From Lama guanicoe (lineage: Eukaryota), in NCBI GenBank assembly GCA_013239625.1, contig MU054323.1, positions 1,364,001 to 1,428,000 of the forward strand: a stretch of DNA of 64,000 nucleotides, written 5' to 3'. The notes beneath the pieces are model-generated. The model was given only the letters and a program-made list of their open reading frames with translations. It did no database searches and was not told the DNA's origin. Positions 29,903-42,850 of the stretch are shown in pieces. Position 1 is the stretch's first letter, and every line of letters starts with the position of its first letter. A program made the translations under genes and the position numbers.

Positions 29903-30626
29903 AATCCTCCTACACTGTTGGTGGGAATGTACTTCAGTGCAGCCATTATGGAAAACAGTATGGAGAGTCCTCAAAAGACTAAAAATAGACTTACCATATG
30001 ATCCAGCAATCCCACTCCTGGGCATATATCCAGAGGGAATTCTAATTTGAAAAGATGCATGCACCCTAATGTTCATAACAGCACTATTTACAATAGCCAA
30101 GTCATGGAAGCAACCTAAATGTCCATCAACAGATGACTGGATAAAGAAGTTTTGGTATACTTGCACAATGGAATACTACTCAGCCATAAAAATATAATGC
30201 CATCTGCAGCAGCATGGATGGAACTGGAGATCATCGTTCTAAGTTAAGTAAGCCAGAAAGAGAAAGAAAAACACCATATGATATCACTCATAGGTGGAAT
30301 CTTAAAAAAAAAAAAGACACAAATGAACATATTTAAAAAACAGAAAGACTCACAGACATAGAAAACAAACTTATGGCTATCATAGGGGAAAGAGGGTGGG
30401 AAGGGATAAATTGGGAGTTTGAGATTTGCAGATACTAACTACTATATATAAAATAAACAAGTTTCGTCTGTATAGCACAAGGAACTATATTCTTGTAGTA
30501 ACCTATAATGAAAATTGATCTATGTATGTATATGTATGACTGAAGCATTCTGTACACCAGAAATTGATACAACACTGTAAACTGGCTATACTTCAATAAA
30601 AGGAATTAATTAATTAAAAAAATAAA
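29903..30626 (+). mobile_element. artiodactyl/camelid L1 3' end (ORF2 tail + 3' UTR + A-rich tail)
   Basis: cctacactgttggtgggaatgta...ccatatgatccagcaatcccactcctgggcatatatccagag...ctatacttcaataaa. Confidence 0.92.
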
Positions 30627-30831
30627 AGCTAGCCAAGTGGAATCAGTATCTGAAGGAAGACCAGAACTTTCTTTTAAAAAATCTGAACTTGACTGTAACA
30701 GTCATGAAAAGGTTCATCAGATATTTTGTGTATAAGCCTGAATTTTGTTCCAATTAACAGGTATTAAGAAAGCCCTGGGAATTGCCCCATAAAGTCACCT
30801 AACACTAACCAAAATTTGAGAAACAGAGACC

Positions 30832-31244
30832 TGATTGAAATGAAGGTGCTTCTGTGGGGTTTGTTAGGACTGCAGCCTGGGAAACAGATTCAAGAAGCAC
30901 TTGAATTGTATTTTGACAAACTACAAAATGCGGGAGGCTTATAAAGCAAAAACCACAAGGGTAGAGTTAGTTATACAAATTATTCACCAAGAATTATAAT
31001 TGGAGCTGGCAAGAAGAAAGGGTGCTTGCTAAGCAAGGATTAGTTGGAGTCCAAAATGGTTGCAGAGCTCGAAGAGGGAACAACCTTGAGATACAAGGTT
31101 GCAGCTAGCAGATGTTTTAAAAAACCTTGGGTTAGGATAGTTCACAGAAAGTTCAAGTTCTTAGTGGTGCAGGGACATGTCTGAAACCAGGTGCTCAGTG
31201 ACCACCTGACTCCATTTGTGTATGCCTGAAGTAGGATTACTTCA
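30832..31244 (-). mobile_element. ERV LTR, antisense, immediately upstream of the integrase remnant
   Basis: TG...CA bounded ~413 bp; the minus strand begins TGAAGTAATCC...AAATGGAGTCAGG as in many ERV1 LTRs; no matching TSD found. Confidence 0.6.
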
Positions 31245-31362
31245 TTATAATTTCAATTTGTCATCACTAGCAATTGCCCAAACCTGATCATATAAGTTAG
31301 TGATCTGGCGTCCTGGCTGTAATTCCAGAGAACTTTCTGGACATTTTAAACTATGTAACAGA

Positions 31363-31994
31363 CCATTAGAGGTCTGGCAAATAAATTTCAGATAACTTTC
31401 TCCATCACATATATATAAATATATTTTAATCATGATCTGCATGTTTTCACCTTGAACTGAAATCTTCCCTTGAAGACAGGCTACTGCCCCTTCTATGGCT
31501 AAAATTCTTTTGGAAAAGATTATTCCTACTTGGGCAACTCCTCTTGAACTTTATAATGATTGAGGAACCAATTTTCCTGGTCACATACTTCGACAAATCT
31601 GCACTATTTGGCCAGTTTTACAATATTTTTCTACACTTAACACCTTAAATCCTCTTAGTTGAATGCACTGGCAAAATTTGTAGAGGTTCTCCTAATTCCT
31701 TGACCAAAAGCATTGCCATTGGTTCTTCTAAATCTCTCATCCACCTCTTTTGAAACTCATAAGCTCTCACTCTTTGAGATGGTCAAAGGATGCCCTATGC
31801 ACTTGGTTCCTGTTTCTTTTGACCCACAACTGATATTGTAACCTACTGGGAATTTCATTTATTGGAGAAGACACCTCCAGAAGAATTCTATTCAACCTTG
31901 CTAGGAAGGATCATATCAGGTACCACTAACCATCCCTTGTGCTGCCAAACTCCAAGGAATAGATTCTTGGATTCACATGACACATCTAAAGAAA
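31363..31994 (+). mobile_element. decayed gamma-type ERV pol (integrase) fragment
   Basis: Translates PLEVWQINFR*LSPSHIYKYILIMICMFSP*TEIFP*RQATAPSMAKILLEKIIPTWATPLELYND*GTNF..., then PKALPLVLLNL...KLSLFEMVKG, and the GPY-like QPC*EGSYQVPLTIPCAAKLQGIDSWIHMTHLKK. Confidence 0.9.
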
Positions 31995-32411
31995 GTGCTG
32001 AAACATTGCTGGATCTGCATATCATCTGGTGACTGAAAGTAGAGATTTTCCAGAATTAAAGCAGACAACATCCGATGAGACAATTTCCCCAAGATATCGG
32101 AACCACGCCTGTTTGTCACCAAACCTTTGATGACAACATAACATTTCAGATGATATCCAGTGCCTCTGATCTTGATAACATATGGACTTTAGATTAAAAT
32201 AAGTGCTTGAGAGGTTCTCCCTCCTACACCTCCCTGTTACTCAAATGTGACTTCAATATGTTTCCCATCTGTACATTTTCCCTCTGACATGAGACAGTAC
32301 ACTCAGAAAAGGCCTTTCCTGGAATTGAGGGGGAAAAGGCCACTGAAACTGTAAAACCTGCCTCTTGATCAGTGATGATTTTAGAGAGAGATCCTGATCA
32401 AAAGGGGAAAA

Positions 32412-32758
32412 TGTGGAAAAAAAAGTGTTTATTAAAACAGAAACCTAAATTTGAGTCAGGAGACCAGACCAGGAGACCAGAACTCTCATACAATAAGACA
32501 TATGCAGTGCCCAACAGGAAGAAGAAAGACTCCTCTTCTTTCCTGGGAACAACTCAGCCAATGAAAAGTCATGGACTCTGTTTCTTACAGCCCTCTTAAC
32601 TTTTCCCCTCCATAAAAGAGTTCTCCCTCCCTTGCCCATGGAGGCACTTGCATATGGCTTGTCCTGGTTTCAGATTCCAATTATAATTCTCTGCTGATCC
32701 TAAATAAACCCATCTTTGCTGGAGAAATAACTGGCAATCTATTTGTTTCAGGTCAACA
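32412..32758 (+). mobile_element. 3' LTR of the ERV (MER34/MER39-like)
   Basis: Preceded by polypurine tract AAAAGGGGAAAA; starts TG, ends GGTCAACA; AATAAA at 32703-32708. Confidence 0.8.
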
Positions 32759-33964
32759 CAGTGTTACCTACATGTAGACAATCGCTTTCAAAATACTATA
32801 ATATATGACATTTCCCTTAGAAAGTATAAAAAGGCAAACCATCCAAACTTTCATAAAGGCCTTGGAAAGCTGTGATCATGTCTAAGGAAGCTACCAAATG
32901 AACAGCTACAGAAAAAAATAAAATCTAGCACAACCTTCATTTGTCAGTACTGAAGAAGGAGGAGGAGAAGACAACTACATAAGGAAGAATACAAACATTT
33001 TCTTAGCTTGCTTGATTGCAATGATTACACTGGTTGCCCAAGATGGTTAGGTTCCAGTATCTAATGCCAACTGTAAAACTACTGCCCAGTCAAATAAAGC
33101 TATAAATTCCCTTTTGTCAAAGCTAATGTCCTCTTTCTTTCATAAATCTAATTACATGCTGTTCATGGAATTAATTCAAACACTAAGTCACTTCTTGTTT
33201 AAATTCTTTTTTAATGTATTCCACTACATCTGATACAAACCTACACCAAATAATAAGAAATATAATCACCTGCTGGGAGATGTCAAATTTTCTCTTTAAA
33301 ATCAGTGTAAGAACAACTGTTTTTCATTGTTTGGGGTTCTGTAAACAGGAGACTATATATCACAACAACTACACCAATTATAAAACAGGATCATTATTGA
33401 GTTATAAAAATAATCTTTCCAATTAACAGAATTTCTAAACAAATTCTAACTCTTTTATATAGTAAAATAATAGAAAAATAGTCCATTGAGAATGAACACT
33501 AAAGAGAAAGAGAAAATTAATCCACCAAATAATTGCCACGCTCTAGTATGAGTCAGGAACTTGGCACTTGGAACTATACAAAGCAGAAGTACAAGACACA
33601 GCTTCTGCACTAAGTAACTTGACAATGTAGTTGAATATTAAAATCTAAAAGGAAAATTATGTGTCTCAGTGATATTTCATTGATTATTCCATTCATCTTA
33701 AGTCTAATGGAAATTGAAAAAAAAAGGAACTATCATTCTGGAATAGATAATCAAGGAAGTCTTTATGGTATTTGAACAAGACCTTGAAGAATAAGTAGAA
33801 AATGTTACAGCTATCCAAATTCAGTAATGCCTTGTCATCTGACTCGTTGGTGGAAATCTGCCAATCCATTTTAAAATACCTCATTTGGTGGTGCAAATTG
33901 GTGAGTCAGGAGATCTTTGTTTGAAAAAGATTTTGTCCTGCTCAGACTCATTTAAAAACTTCTA

Positions 33965-34311
33965 CATTTGGCCCTTAATGTCTGCGGGTTCTACATTTAT
34001 GGCTTCAATCAATCAAAGATCAAAAATATTGGGGGGAAATTTACAGAAAGTTCCAAAAAGCAAAACTTTAATTTGTCACATGCAGGTAGCTATTTCTATA
34101 ACATTTAGATTATATTTACAACTACTTACACGGCATTTACATTGTATTCAGTATTAAAAGTAATCTAGAGATGATTTAGACTATATGGGAGGATGTGTAT
34201 CAGTTATATGCAAATATCATGCCATTTTATATTAGGGACTTGAGCATCCAAGGATTTCAATACCCACAAGGGTCCTGGAACCAGTCCCCTGTGGATATCA
34301 AAGGATGACTA
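33965..34311 (-). mobile_element. MER2-like TcMar-Tigger MITE
   Basis: gtaatctagagatgatttag...gggaggatgtg...tatatgcaaata...gggacttgagcatcc...gggtcctggaaccagtcccc; degenerate TIRs and TA flanks at 33963-33964 and 34312-34313. Confidence 0.88.
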
Positions 34312-36341
34312 TATTCTATGCTAATTTTAGACCTAGGATCTGGTCAGAAATTACTACCAGTGGAGCTGGTACTTACCCCAGCTCCAGTTCACCCCACAGA
34401 ATCAGAGCATCCCCGTAACCACCAAAGAATACAATTTTCCTTTCTCTGATGGAGAAAGATTTTGTCTTAAATCTGAGGAGATTCATATTTGTCATCTTTC
34501 CACTCATTTATACTATTTTTGAATAAAATGCACCACCAAGAAACAATGTGATCCTTCCTACTGGAGGAGTAGGAGTAGGAAAAAAATATTCAGAGAAGTA
34601 AATAGAAAGCATACTCACCTAACAGCAGAAGGGACTTCCGTCTTAACTGCCTTAATGTTCCTAAATAAGGCTTTCTTAATTAGTTTTAGGATGATCCTAC
34701 AAGTTATTTTAACAGCTGCTGGAGAGATACAGGCTCCTTAGATGAGCACTGGCAGTTTCTAAAGACATAAATAGAGTTGGGTTACTGTATTCTTTCCTCC
34801 TGACTTATGTGGCAAATTGTTCACAAAGGTTTTAGGAGAAAGGGTATGAGAATAAATAATACCATTAGCGGTCCATTCTTTTAGATTAATAGATTTATTC
34901 GTTCCTAAGGAGAAAGAGCTTCAATCTATTTAGAAGTATTTAGAAAGATCTGTTTTTAAAAATGCATGTGACTCCATAAAGACCAAAGAGTAACTCAGTT
35001 TTTTTCAAAACTGTCCTTGATCCTTTGGATTCAAATTGCTTTCAAAAGGGCCATGATCTCAAGTTTCAATCACTTATTTTTCAAGTAGTAAAATGATGTA
35101 TGAACATTTTAATGCTTCCAGGTAGCAGGATTTTTAAAGAATATGGCCTTTATAGATTTAATCTTTGAGCTGCATCTATTTGTGAATGACCCTGAAGATT
35201 ATAATGACAGTAATGTGTCATTTGCCAAAGCACAAACATGAATCTTACACCACTATGAAGCTAGTGTTTTTAATTGATAACTAAATTAGTCAGTAAATCT
35301 AGTCAAATGATGACCTAGTGTCTACACCTCAATGCAGCTTTGTTTTTCTTCTTCAGTGTCTCCCTTAATGCTCTATAAGCAGGCAATAATGGCCTAGTTT
35401 AACAACAAAGCAATTTTATCCTGGAGATCAATATTTATATACTGGGGAGTCTGGAAGGTCTTAGGACATATCCCTGGAATGTCAAAGGTCTACGGTATAT
35501 TAAAGAAGCAATACAATTAATCTGTTATTTAATCTTACTTCTTATCTAATCCAAAAACAACACGTTTGAAACTTCTAATACTGTTACAAGCTTCACAATC
35601 AGAACCAATAAGAACTATGATCAGTGAATGTTTCTAAAAACATTATACGTGATGTGAACTTAAAATTGCTCTAAAAAATAAAGTCTGTTTAAAAAAAACC
35701 ATTGTATTGGCAAAGTGTTATATAAGTCTAATTTCAAAATATTGTTTAACACTACAGTGTTAATACTCAATGTTATTAGAACATCTATAAACTAGCCTGA
35801 GAAATCTTAAACCAATCTTATATTACATCTAGCAGTGATATTGTGATCAGCGTCCCTAATTTGATTTTTATGAGCAACAATATGAAAGGTCTCTAAGGAA
35901 ATTATTTTAAATGAACTCAGATCCAAAACCATGAATTTAATTTGGTTTTCCATTGGAAGAAACTGACTTCAATATTATCTGAGATGCAAATTAGCACTAT
36001 TAACTTAGTATCTAGAATTTGTGGATGCCCAATATCTTGCATTTTGAACTACAGAGCCCTGCTTTTAGGTAGAAATTTAATCTTTCTCAAATTATAAATG
36101 AGGAAATCAAGTCATGAAGAGAACTTAAGTGATTTTTCCAAAAGCACATCTAATAAGTAGGAAAGTTGATTCTTGAACCAGTATCTCTTAATTCAAAGTC
36201 CAGTGATTTTCACAAGAAAAAAAAAAAAAGGAGATATCTATTCGTAGCAAAGAAAATTTTATCTTTCTATTACCTCAATGCCAGCATATTCTTAACTGTA
36301 AACTTAATAGCCAAATGCTGGATTTAAACACAGTTATCCTC

Positions 36342-36782
36342 TCTATTAATTGTCTCGTGCTGCTGTAACAAGACACCACAGAATGGGTAGCTTAAAACAA
36401 CAAAAACTTATTCTTCCACAGTTTTGGAGACAGAAGTCTGAAATCAAGGTGTCACTAGGCTTGGTTCCTTCTGGAGGCTCTGAGGAAGAATCCGCTCCAG
36501 GCTTGTCTTCTACCTTCCAGTGGTTGCTGAAAATCCATGCCATGTTTTGGCTTGCGCATAACTACAATCTCTGTCCCCACAGTCACCTGGTATTCTCGCT
36601 GTGTCTCTCTGTCTCTGTGTCTTTGCTCTTCTTATAAAGACACTAGTTATTTTCAATTTAGGACTCACTCTAATCTATTATAACCTCATCTTTACCTACA
36701 AAGAACCTATTTCCAAATAAGGTCACAATCTGAGATTCTGGATGGATGTGAATTTTGAGGGGATACTGTTTAACCTAGTACA
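36342..36782 (-). mobile_element. MLT1 (ERVL-MaLR) solo LTR
   Basis: gctgctgtaacaagacaccacagaatgggtagcttaaaacaac...agaagtctgaaatcaaggtgtc...ctatttccaaataaggtcaca; 5-bp TSD TCCTC/TCTTC. Confidence 0.9.
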
Positions 36783-37432
36783 TCTTCTTACCTAAATGGT
36801 AATGGGAGATAGTTAAGAAATCTTTTTTTTTTTCTATCCTGAGTTAACTTACCTTTCTTTGTCTTATAGATTAAAAAAAAATTTCAACATTTTATGTATT
36901 ATTAAAAAGGATTTTCAATTTGAAGTCATTACTATCCTCTCAAATCTAATGAATTTCGCAATACTGACATGCATGTCCTGTGGATTCAGAGTTCATCATG
37001 TTAGATACGATGTACTAGTTATAGTTTTATAGTTATACAACTAGTTATTGTCACAGTCTATAGTCAACTGAACTAATGGCTAGGCATATCTACCTGCTCT
37101 TTAAAGCTGGGTCTGAGAGAAGTTACCAGTACCCAAGTAAGCAATGAGAGGATATAAAGAAAATACAAACTAAATACTGTTGGAAAATTATGGACCAAAT
37201 AGGGCTCTCCAAGTAGGGATAAACAGCAAAACAATATTGTACCTATGCATTGAAAATGCAAAGCCAGGAAAGAGGGCACTGCTCCAAAACTCATGGGAAA
37301 AATTTATTTCTAAAAAATAACAAACTGAAGAAAATTTTAGAAGATAGTTATTTTGCATCTTCAGAAAAGATGGAAGAAGTGGCCTCTAGAACTAAAGGCA
37401 GAAGTGCTAAAGCTGAAAAAACATACAAAATG

Positions 37433-37776
37433 ATACCATATGATATCACTTATATGTGGAATCTAAAAAAAAGACAAATGAACTTATTTATAAAACAGAA
37501 ACAGACCCACAGACGTAGAAAACAAACTTATGGTTACCAGTGGGGAAGGGATAAATTGGGAATCTGAGATTTACAGATACTAACTACTATATATAAAACA
37601 GATAAACAACAGGTTTATACTGTATAGCACAGGGAACTATATTCAATATTTTGCAGTAACCTATATTGAAAAAGAATATGAAAACAAATAAATATGACTG
37701 AACTATGCTGTACAACAGAAATTGACACAACATTGTAAACTGACTGTACTTCAATTAAAAAAAAAAGTTAAAAAAG
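37433..37776 (+). mobile_element. 5'-truncated artiodactyl/camelid L1 with 14-bp TSD
   Basis: ataccatatgatatcacttatatgtggaatct...tgtatagcacagggaactatattcaat...A-tail; AAACATACAAAATG at 37419-37432 and 37777-37790. Confidence 0.92.
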
Positions 37777-38024
37777 AAACATACAAAATGTATTAAGAGA
37801 TTTTGAATACAAACCTTAGGGTCTGAAGTTTTCTCTGGAGGAAATGGGAGACTAATGAAGAAAAATAAGATAATCACGGTATTTACAACATTTATCTTGC
37901 ATAAGTATATTAAGTGGATTTTAAAAAGTAATTTATAGAGAGAGAATCATATTAATTGGAATGGGGTGAAGAAGGAGGCCAACTGAAGAAAGTACCTGGA
38001 GCTATTACTAATATACGAGGTGCT

Positions 38025-38175
38025 TCCGTTTCTTCCTCATCTGTAAAATGAGTTATAATCTATCTCTTGTGTAAATAGGGTTGTTATTAAATAGAATGCT
38101 GCAATATAAAGTGCTCAGTACACTGCCTGACACAAAGTAGGTACTCAGTAGATGCCTGATAAATGAATAATGAAT
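38025..38175 (+). mobile_element. MIR 3' fragment
   Basis: ttcctcatctgtaaaatgag...taaagtgctcagtacactgcctgacacaaagtaggtactcagta. Confidence 0.75.
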
Positions 38176-41039
38176 GAGATCAAAAGAAATTCCATCTACA
38201 TCCACTAGTATACACCACCATTGATTACTCAAGCATTTTCTTTTTTAAAAATTCAGTACAATCCACCCTCAAAGAGATTATGGTACAGGTACCAAACCTA
38301 CATTCTGGAAAAAAGCAAAGATCATCAATGATCACTCTTCTCGAACCTCCGTAGAAAGGTAACATGAACTTTAAAGGAGGAACGTGATGAGAACACTAAA
38401 AACTGAGGGAGTCAACTGTTTCTTTCCCTCTTCAAGCAGTAGATAAAAATGTAAGCCCCATTGTAAAAATCTTTTGGGAAAGGATATGGGTTTGTTTGTG
38501 TTGGTTGTCTCAGAGGGGGTACAGAATTCATTATTTTCATTTTTCCCCTTAATTTTATGCTAAGATTCTTCATTCAGTTCACGTAAAAATTCAAAGGAAC
38601 TACAGTAAGAAAAGTAGAGATTGAAGGGAGAAACAAGTCATTAAGATCTGCTTTAGGCAAGAAGGGCTTTTGAAGACCCTTCAGGATCAGAGGGTCTCCA
38701 AAATCCAGAAGTTCCACAATATGAATCCATGATTATAGATTATATTTGCAGTGGCTAGTCACACAACAGAAAAGAGTACAGTCTAGCAAAAAGGACTACC
38801 TAAAAAGTCATCAAAAAAAATAGGGATTATATATAGTCCAATTTTATAATCATTTCTTTTGTGTTGCCACTAACAATCGTGGTGAAAATTTCCCATTTTA
38901 GAGCATTGCTGTGAATCTATAGGTTAGGCCCAAATGTAGAGCAGAGGATTGAATAAAGCGTTTTCTATTCTTAAGGCTGTAGACCACCTGCATTTGCTAT
39001 GATTATTTCTGAGACCCCAAGAAACTTCTGGAAAGTCAAAACTTTGACAATCATTTATGCAGCAGGGACAAACTTTTAACATGGATCATTCAGATTTTAA
39101 GGGAAATTGGTGACACAGCAAAGAATGATCTTTCAAACTGACTTCGGATTCAATCACGGATTACAGAGATAAGTCAGGAGTGGACTGGGTGAAATGATCA
39201 ACCGAGTTCATTAAAACTAGGACTTTTAAGCCCTCTTCTGTATAAAGAGGCATGGAACGCTCCCTCTAAGAGTATGAGAATCACTCCTTCATAGTCTTGC
39301 ATTTTCCACTTATTCTAGAAAAAAAAACATTTAGAAGGAGAACAAACATATTCAAAGGAACACTATGTCAGAATAACTGCTGTACAGTCCTATTCTAGGT
39401 GATAACCTCCTGTTTGTCTTTAGGGACATTATTTTATTTTGTTGCTCTTCCATATATATTTTTTAAAACAGGAATAAAAATTAGGATAAACATAATTATC
39501 TTATATAATGCCTCTCCTCTGTAAGGATTAATACCCTTAGCTTTTTGAAACAAAAGCACTTTACCCATACAAGAAAATTGCTATCACTACTCTTTATGAA
39601 TTCAAATGAGTATAAACCCATTTTCCCAATTCCTGTCTCTCTTCATCTTCTAATGGTGTTTTTCCAGCACTTAATTTTTCTTCCAATTTCCTAAATGCCC
39701 CCATGCCTTAAGTTCCACCCTTCTTGGCTTGTATACTTTATACACAGCATGTCCAATAAACAATATTAACATGAGCTCACAAGGCCACAAGCTTAGGCCT
39801 ATTACAGCGCAGGCATTTTGCACTTTTAACTATCATTTTCAGTTTTGAACTTGTCTATGCCACAAGTAAAGTGGATGGAAAATTACCTGAAGCTGTGTAT
39901 ATCTGAAAAGTTGTTCCTGGTTTTGTTTGTTTGAATCCAGGAAGGAGTAAGGTGGACGTAAGGCTACTTCAGAGAAGAATATAATTTGCAGCTGAGGAAA
40001 GGAAAATGGCTTCTCAGTTGTTTCTGGGCAATTGAGGATTCTACCAGGTACTCCAGAAAAAACCAGCCACCCTCTCCCTACAGCGCCTTCTTCTCCTCCC
40101 CTTCCCAGGCCCGGACTTACCCCCTCTCCCCCACCCTCCGCTCCCAAATCTCCAGGGTTTGAAAGAGGGCACTGCGGGTGGGCTGCAGCGTTGGAGCCGT
40201 GGCTTTAATGGGACCATTGCTACAGGTGATGGCACTCTTCGCTGAACACGGTGCGCTATGCCAGTCCCTCTACCCCAAGGCAGCCCACCTCTGCTCTCCT
40301 GTGATCACCAGGGACATCTGCAAATGACTGAAAAGGGAAAGAAACACAGGGCTCTCTCATTTTTAGCGTCCCTACCGCGCTCTTTTAAAGTTCACTCCAC
40401 CATCTTATAGAGGGGAACTGCCTTCTGTAATTGAAATGATAATATCCCTTCGGTGTTTTTAGGGTCGGCTTCCCTACTGTGACTTCATGCTGCATGTATA
40501 AAAGGCATCTACACACGCACAAAAATTAACAACAAATACTAGCGCTCAAAAAGATAAGGCTGAACAATAACTAGAGATTAAAAACATAAATTATCGCAGT
40601 AAGGACGCCAAACAAAGCTTCAGTGGAAACGACAAACAACAATCTGCTTGCCCAATTAGACAAAGCTGCTTCACAAAAAAGCACGCAACGGAATCAAATC
40701 TCCCCTACAGCAGAACGCGGCTTAAAGTATCAGTGTTCCTTTTTCCTAAACACAAGTTGTCAGTAAGTTATCTAACACCTAATACTGCCACGAAGGTGGC
40801 CTCTGGGGCGCAATAAATAGGAACATATCTTCGAAGCGGAAAAATGGCACCGTGACCCCTTCGGTTGATGCAGATTGCAGTGCGGAGGCTGTTCTAAAGA
40901 AAAAGCAGAGAGCCGGCGCAAAATGCTTCAGTAGGGGGAGTGGACAAAGACGGGAAATTACTTTGAAAGCTAGGAGACTGTCTCCATGGCCAACCAAAGC
41001 GACTTATCTAGAACTGACTGACTTTTGCCCCCACCCTAT

Positions 41040-41460
41040 CCAGAGAAACAGCGACTGGGCCGAGCGAGCCCGGCTGCGCAGTGCGCACTGCGGGCGGGGA
41101 GCGCAGGGCCGGCGCCCGCCAGATTCGGAACCTGCTGAGTTGCGGCAGCGCGCCGGGGCCGCGTGCCCTGCTCCGCGCCACTCCACGCTCCGGGTTTCCG
41201 CGGTCACCAGCACCGCGCGGAAGAGCCCCGCCGGGAGGGCACCCGGGCGAGCTCTGTCCCGGGAGTCCCGAGAGCGCTCTTCAGCTCAGCGCCACCTGCC
41301 CGAGGCGTCTGGCCCAAGGAAGCGCATTCCTGGGCTGTGGGCCGGCCAGGATGGCTCTGACCGTGAGGCAGCGGCTTAGGCGTCACTGCCAGAGGCCCTC
41401 ACCTAGTATAAGCCTTCCAAAGCCAGAGACTCCTCGGGCGGAGCTTTTTTCGGTCATGGC
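41040..41460. promoter_or_regulatory. upstream CpG island of VSNL1 (possible alternative promoter)
   Basis: Dense CpG/GC-rich segment ~1.4 kb upstream of VSNL1 exon 1, followed by a plus-strand donor GG|GTAAGC at 41524. Confidence 0.65.
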
Positions 41461-42349
41461 ATACGTAGTCTCAGCTTCTTCCAAGCTGGACAACTCCCTC
41501 CACCCCCACCCCAACAGCCAGGGGTAAGCTGTCTCCTAGCAGCGGAGATGGAGCCCTTTTGCCCAGGGAGATACTCTTGGTGTCCTCAAACCTAAGGGTT
41601 AACTGTTTTTCCTGGACGTAATAAGGTGTTTGAAGGCACTTGGCAAATTGTAAAGCTCTGCTTAAAGAGAACTTCCGTCTCCACTGCGCCTTCTGAATTT
41701 CCCTCTCTTGAAAATAAAATTCCACCTGAATATAAATCTCAAGAGGGATTTTGTTCACTGCCTTTATCCTCAAAGCATTTAAAGTGTCTAAAGTCAATGG
41801 GCAGACGGTCAATGAATAACTGTTAAATGAATATACAAACAACACACTTGAGGAAATTGATCATGTTGGGAACATGTGGGAATTCTCATTGCTTTCCTGG
41901 TAGGGAGGCGCCCAAACATTGGCTGGGCACTATTCCTTGCCAAGTCTTCTAGGCTTTGGCAAGTACAGTTGGAATCGGGGGAGGGCTGGCAAACGTATGC
42001 GCACTTCAAGGACACAAAAGGGGGCTTTATAAGATGGCTTGGTCCAAGACCTCTACCCAGGATTCCAAGGTTGGTTCATTCCCTCTCCTTCACTGCCCCC
42101 CCCCCAGCATATTCAATAAACCTTTATTAAGTGCATAAAGAAGGCGCTTATTAAACGTTTATTGATGGTTAGCGCGATTCGTCCAAGGTCACCCAGGGCA
42201 AGAAGCTTCAGACCAGCTCCCTTCAACGCACATTTCTCCAATGCGTGTGGACCAGGACCCTCCTGAGTACTGGAGTACTACAAGGCCTGGCTCCCAGTAC
42301 TCCTAGTATAAGATCCTCAGAAGAAACGGCCCACGCAGAGTGCCCACCA

Positions 42350-42850
42350 TAAGGATATCATCGCAGGGAGCCGGGGAGACGCGCTGACAGCTAGCTGGGA
42401 ACGCTTCCTTCGGAGAAAGGGATTTCTACAGTTTTATCCTTCACCTTATAGCCTGACAAAGGATGGGCGGGGGCCTCTAGGGCTGAGGGCAGCGGGAAAA
42501 GCAGGTTCCACGTGTCCCATCTCTGACCTCAGCCTTCACCACCACGCTGGGCAACCGCGGGGCGTGGTGAGACCAACTCGCTCTGCCTGTCCAGGTGCAG
42601 GTTGCTCCTTTGGCCAGGCTCCCTTTTCAAATCTACTTTCCTTTTGAGTTTCTGCTAAAATCTGGAGACATGGAATCCACCTGCGGAAACTCCGAGCCCC
42701 TCCAACTGAGCATGCGTCAATGCCTGGCTGCTTTTGGTCACCCGCTCCCGAGCTCTCCAAGCTGGGGCTGCGGAGCGGGAGGAGGAGGGAGGAAGGGGAA
42801 GGGGAGGGGGTGCCTGGAGAGGCGGCGGCTCGCGCGCCTGCGCATCCAGC
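42350..42850 (+). promoter_or_regulatory. VSNL1 proximal promoter (CpG-rich, G-tract, NRF1 motif)
   Basis: GC/CpG-rich, purine G-tract at 42777-42810, NRF1-type CGCGCCTGCGCA at 42833-42844. Confidence 0.75.

Noticed and set aside
29876..30166. 96-aa minus-strand ORF
   Set aside because: Antisense translation of an L1 3' end.
36346..36637. ORFs on both strands (65 and 95 aa)
   Set aside because: They lie wholly within the MLT1 LTR.
41205..41230. RE1/NRSE-like CAGCACC...GGAAGAG upstream of a neuronal gene
   Set aside because: The spacing and right half-site deviate too far from TTCAGCACCACGGACAG.
40852..41527. 175-aa and 148-aa ORFs and other overlapping ORFs in the VSNL1 CpG islands
   Set aside because: Low-complexity Arg/Ala/Pro/Gly ORFs expected from stop-poor GC-rich DNA; no recognisable domain.
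42265..42302. 9-bp inverted repeat GAGTACTGG/CCAGTACTC with a 20-nt loop
   Set aside because: Short enough to arise by chance; no RNA-gene features.
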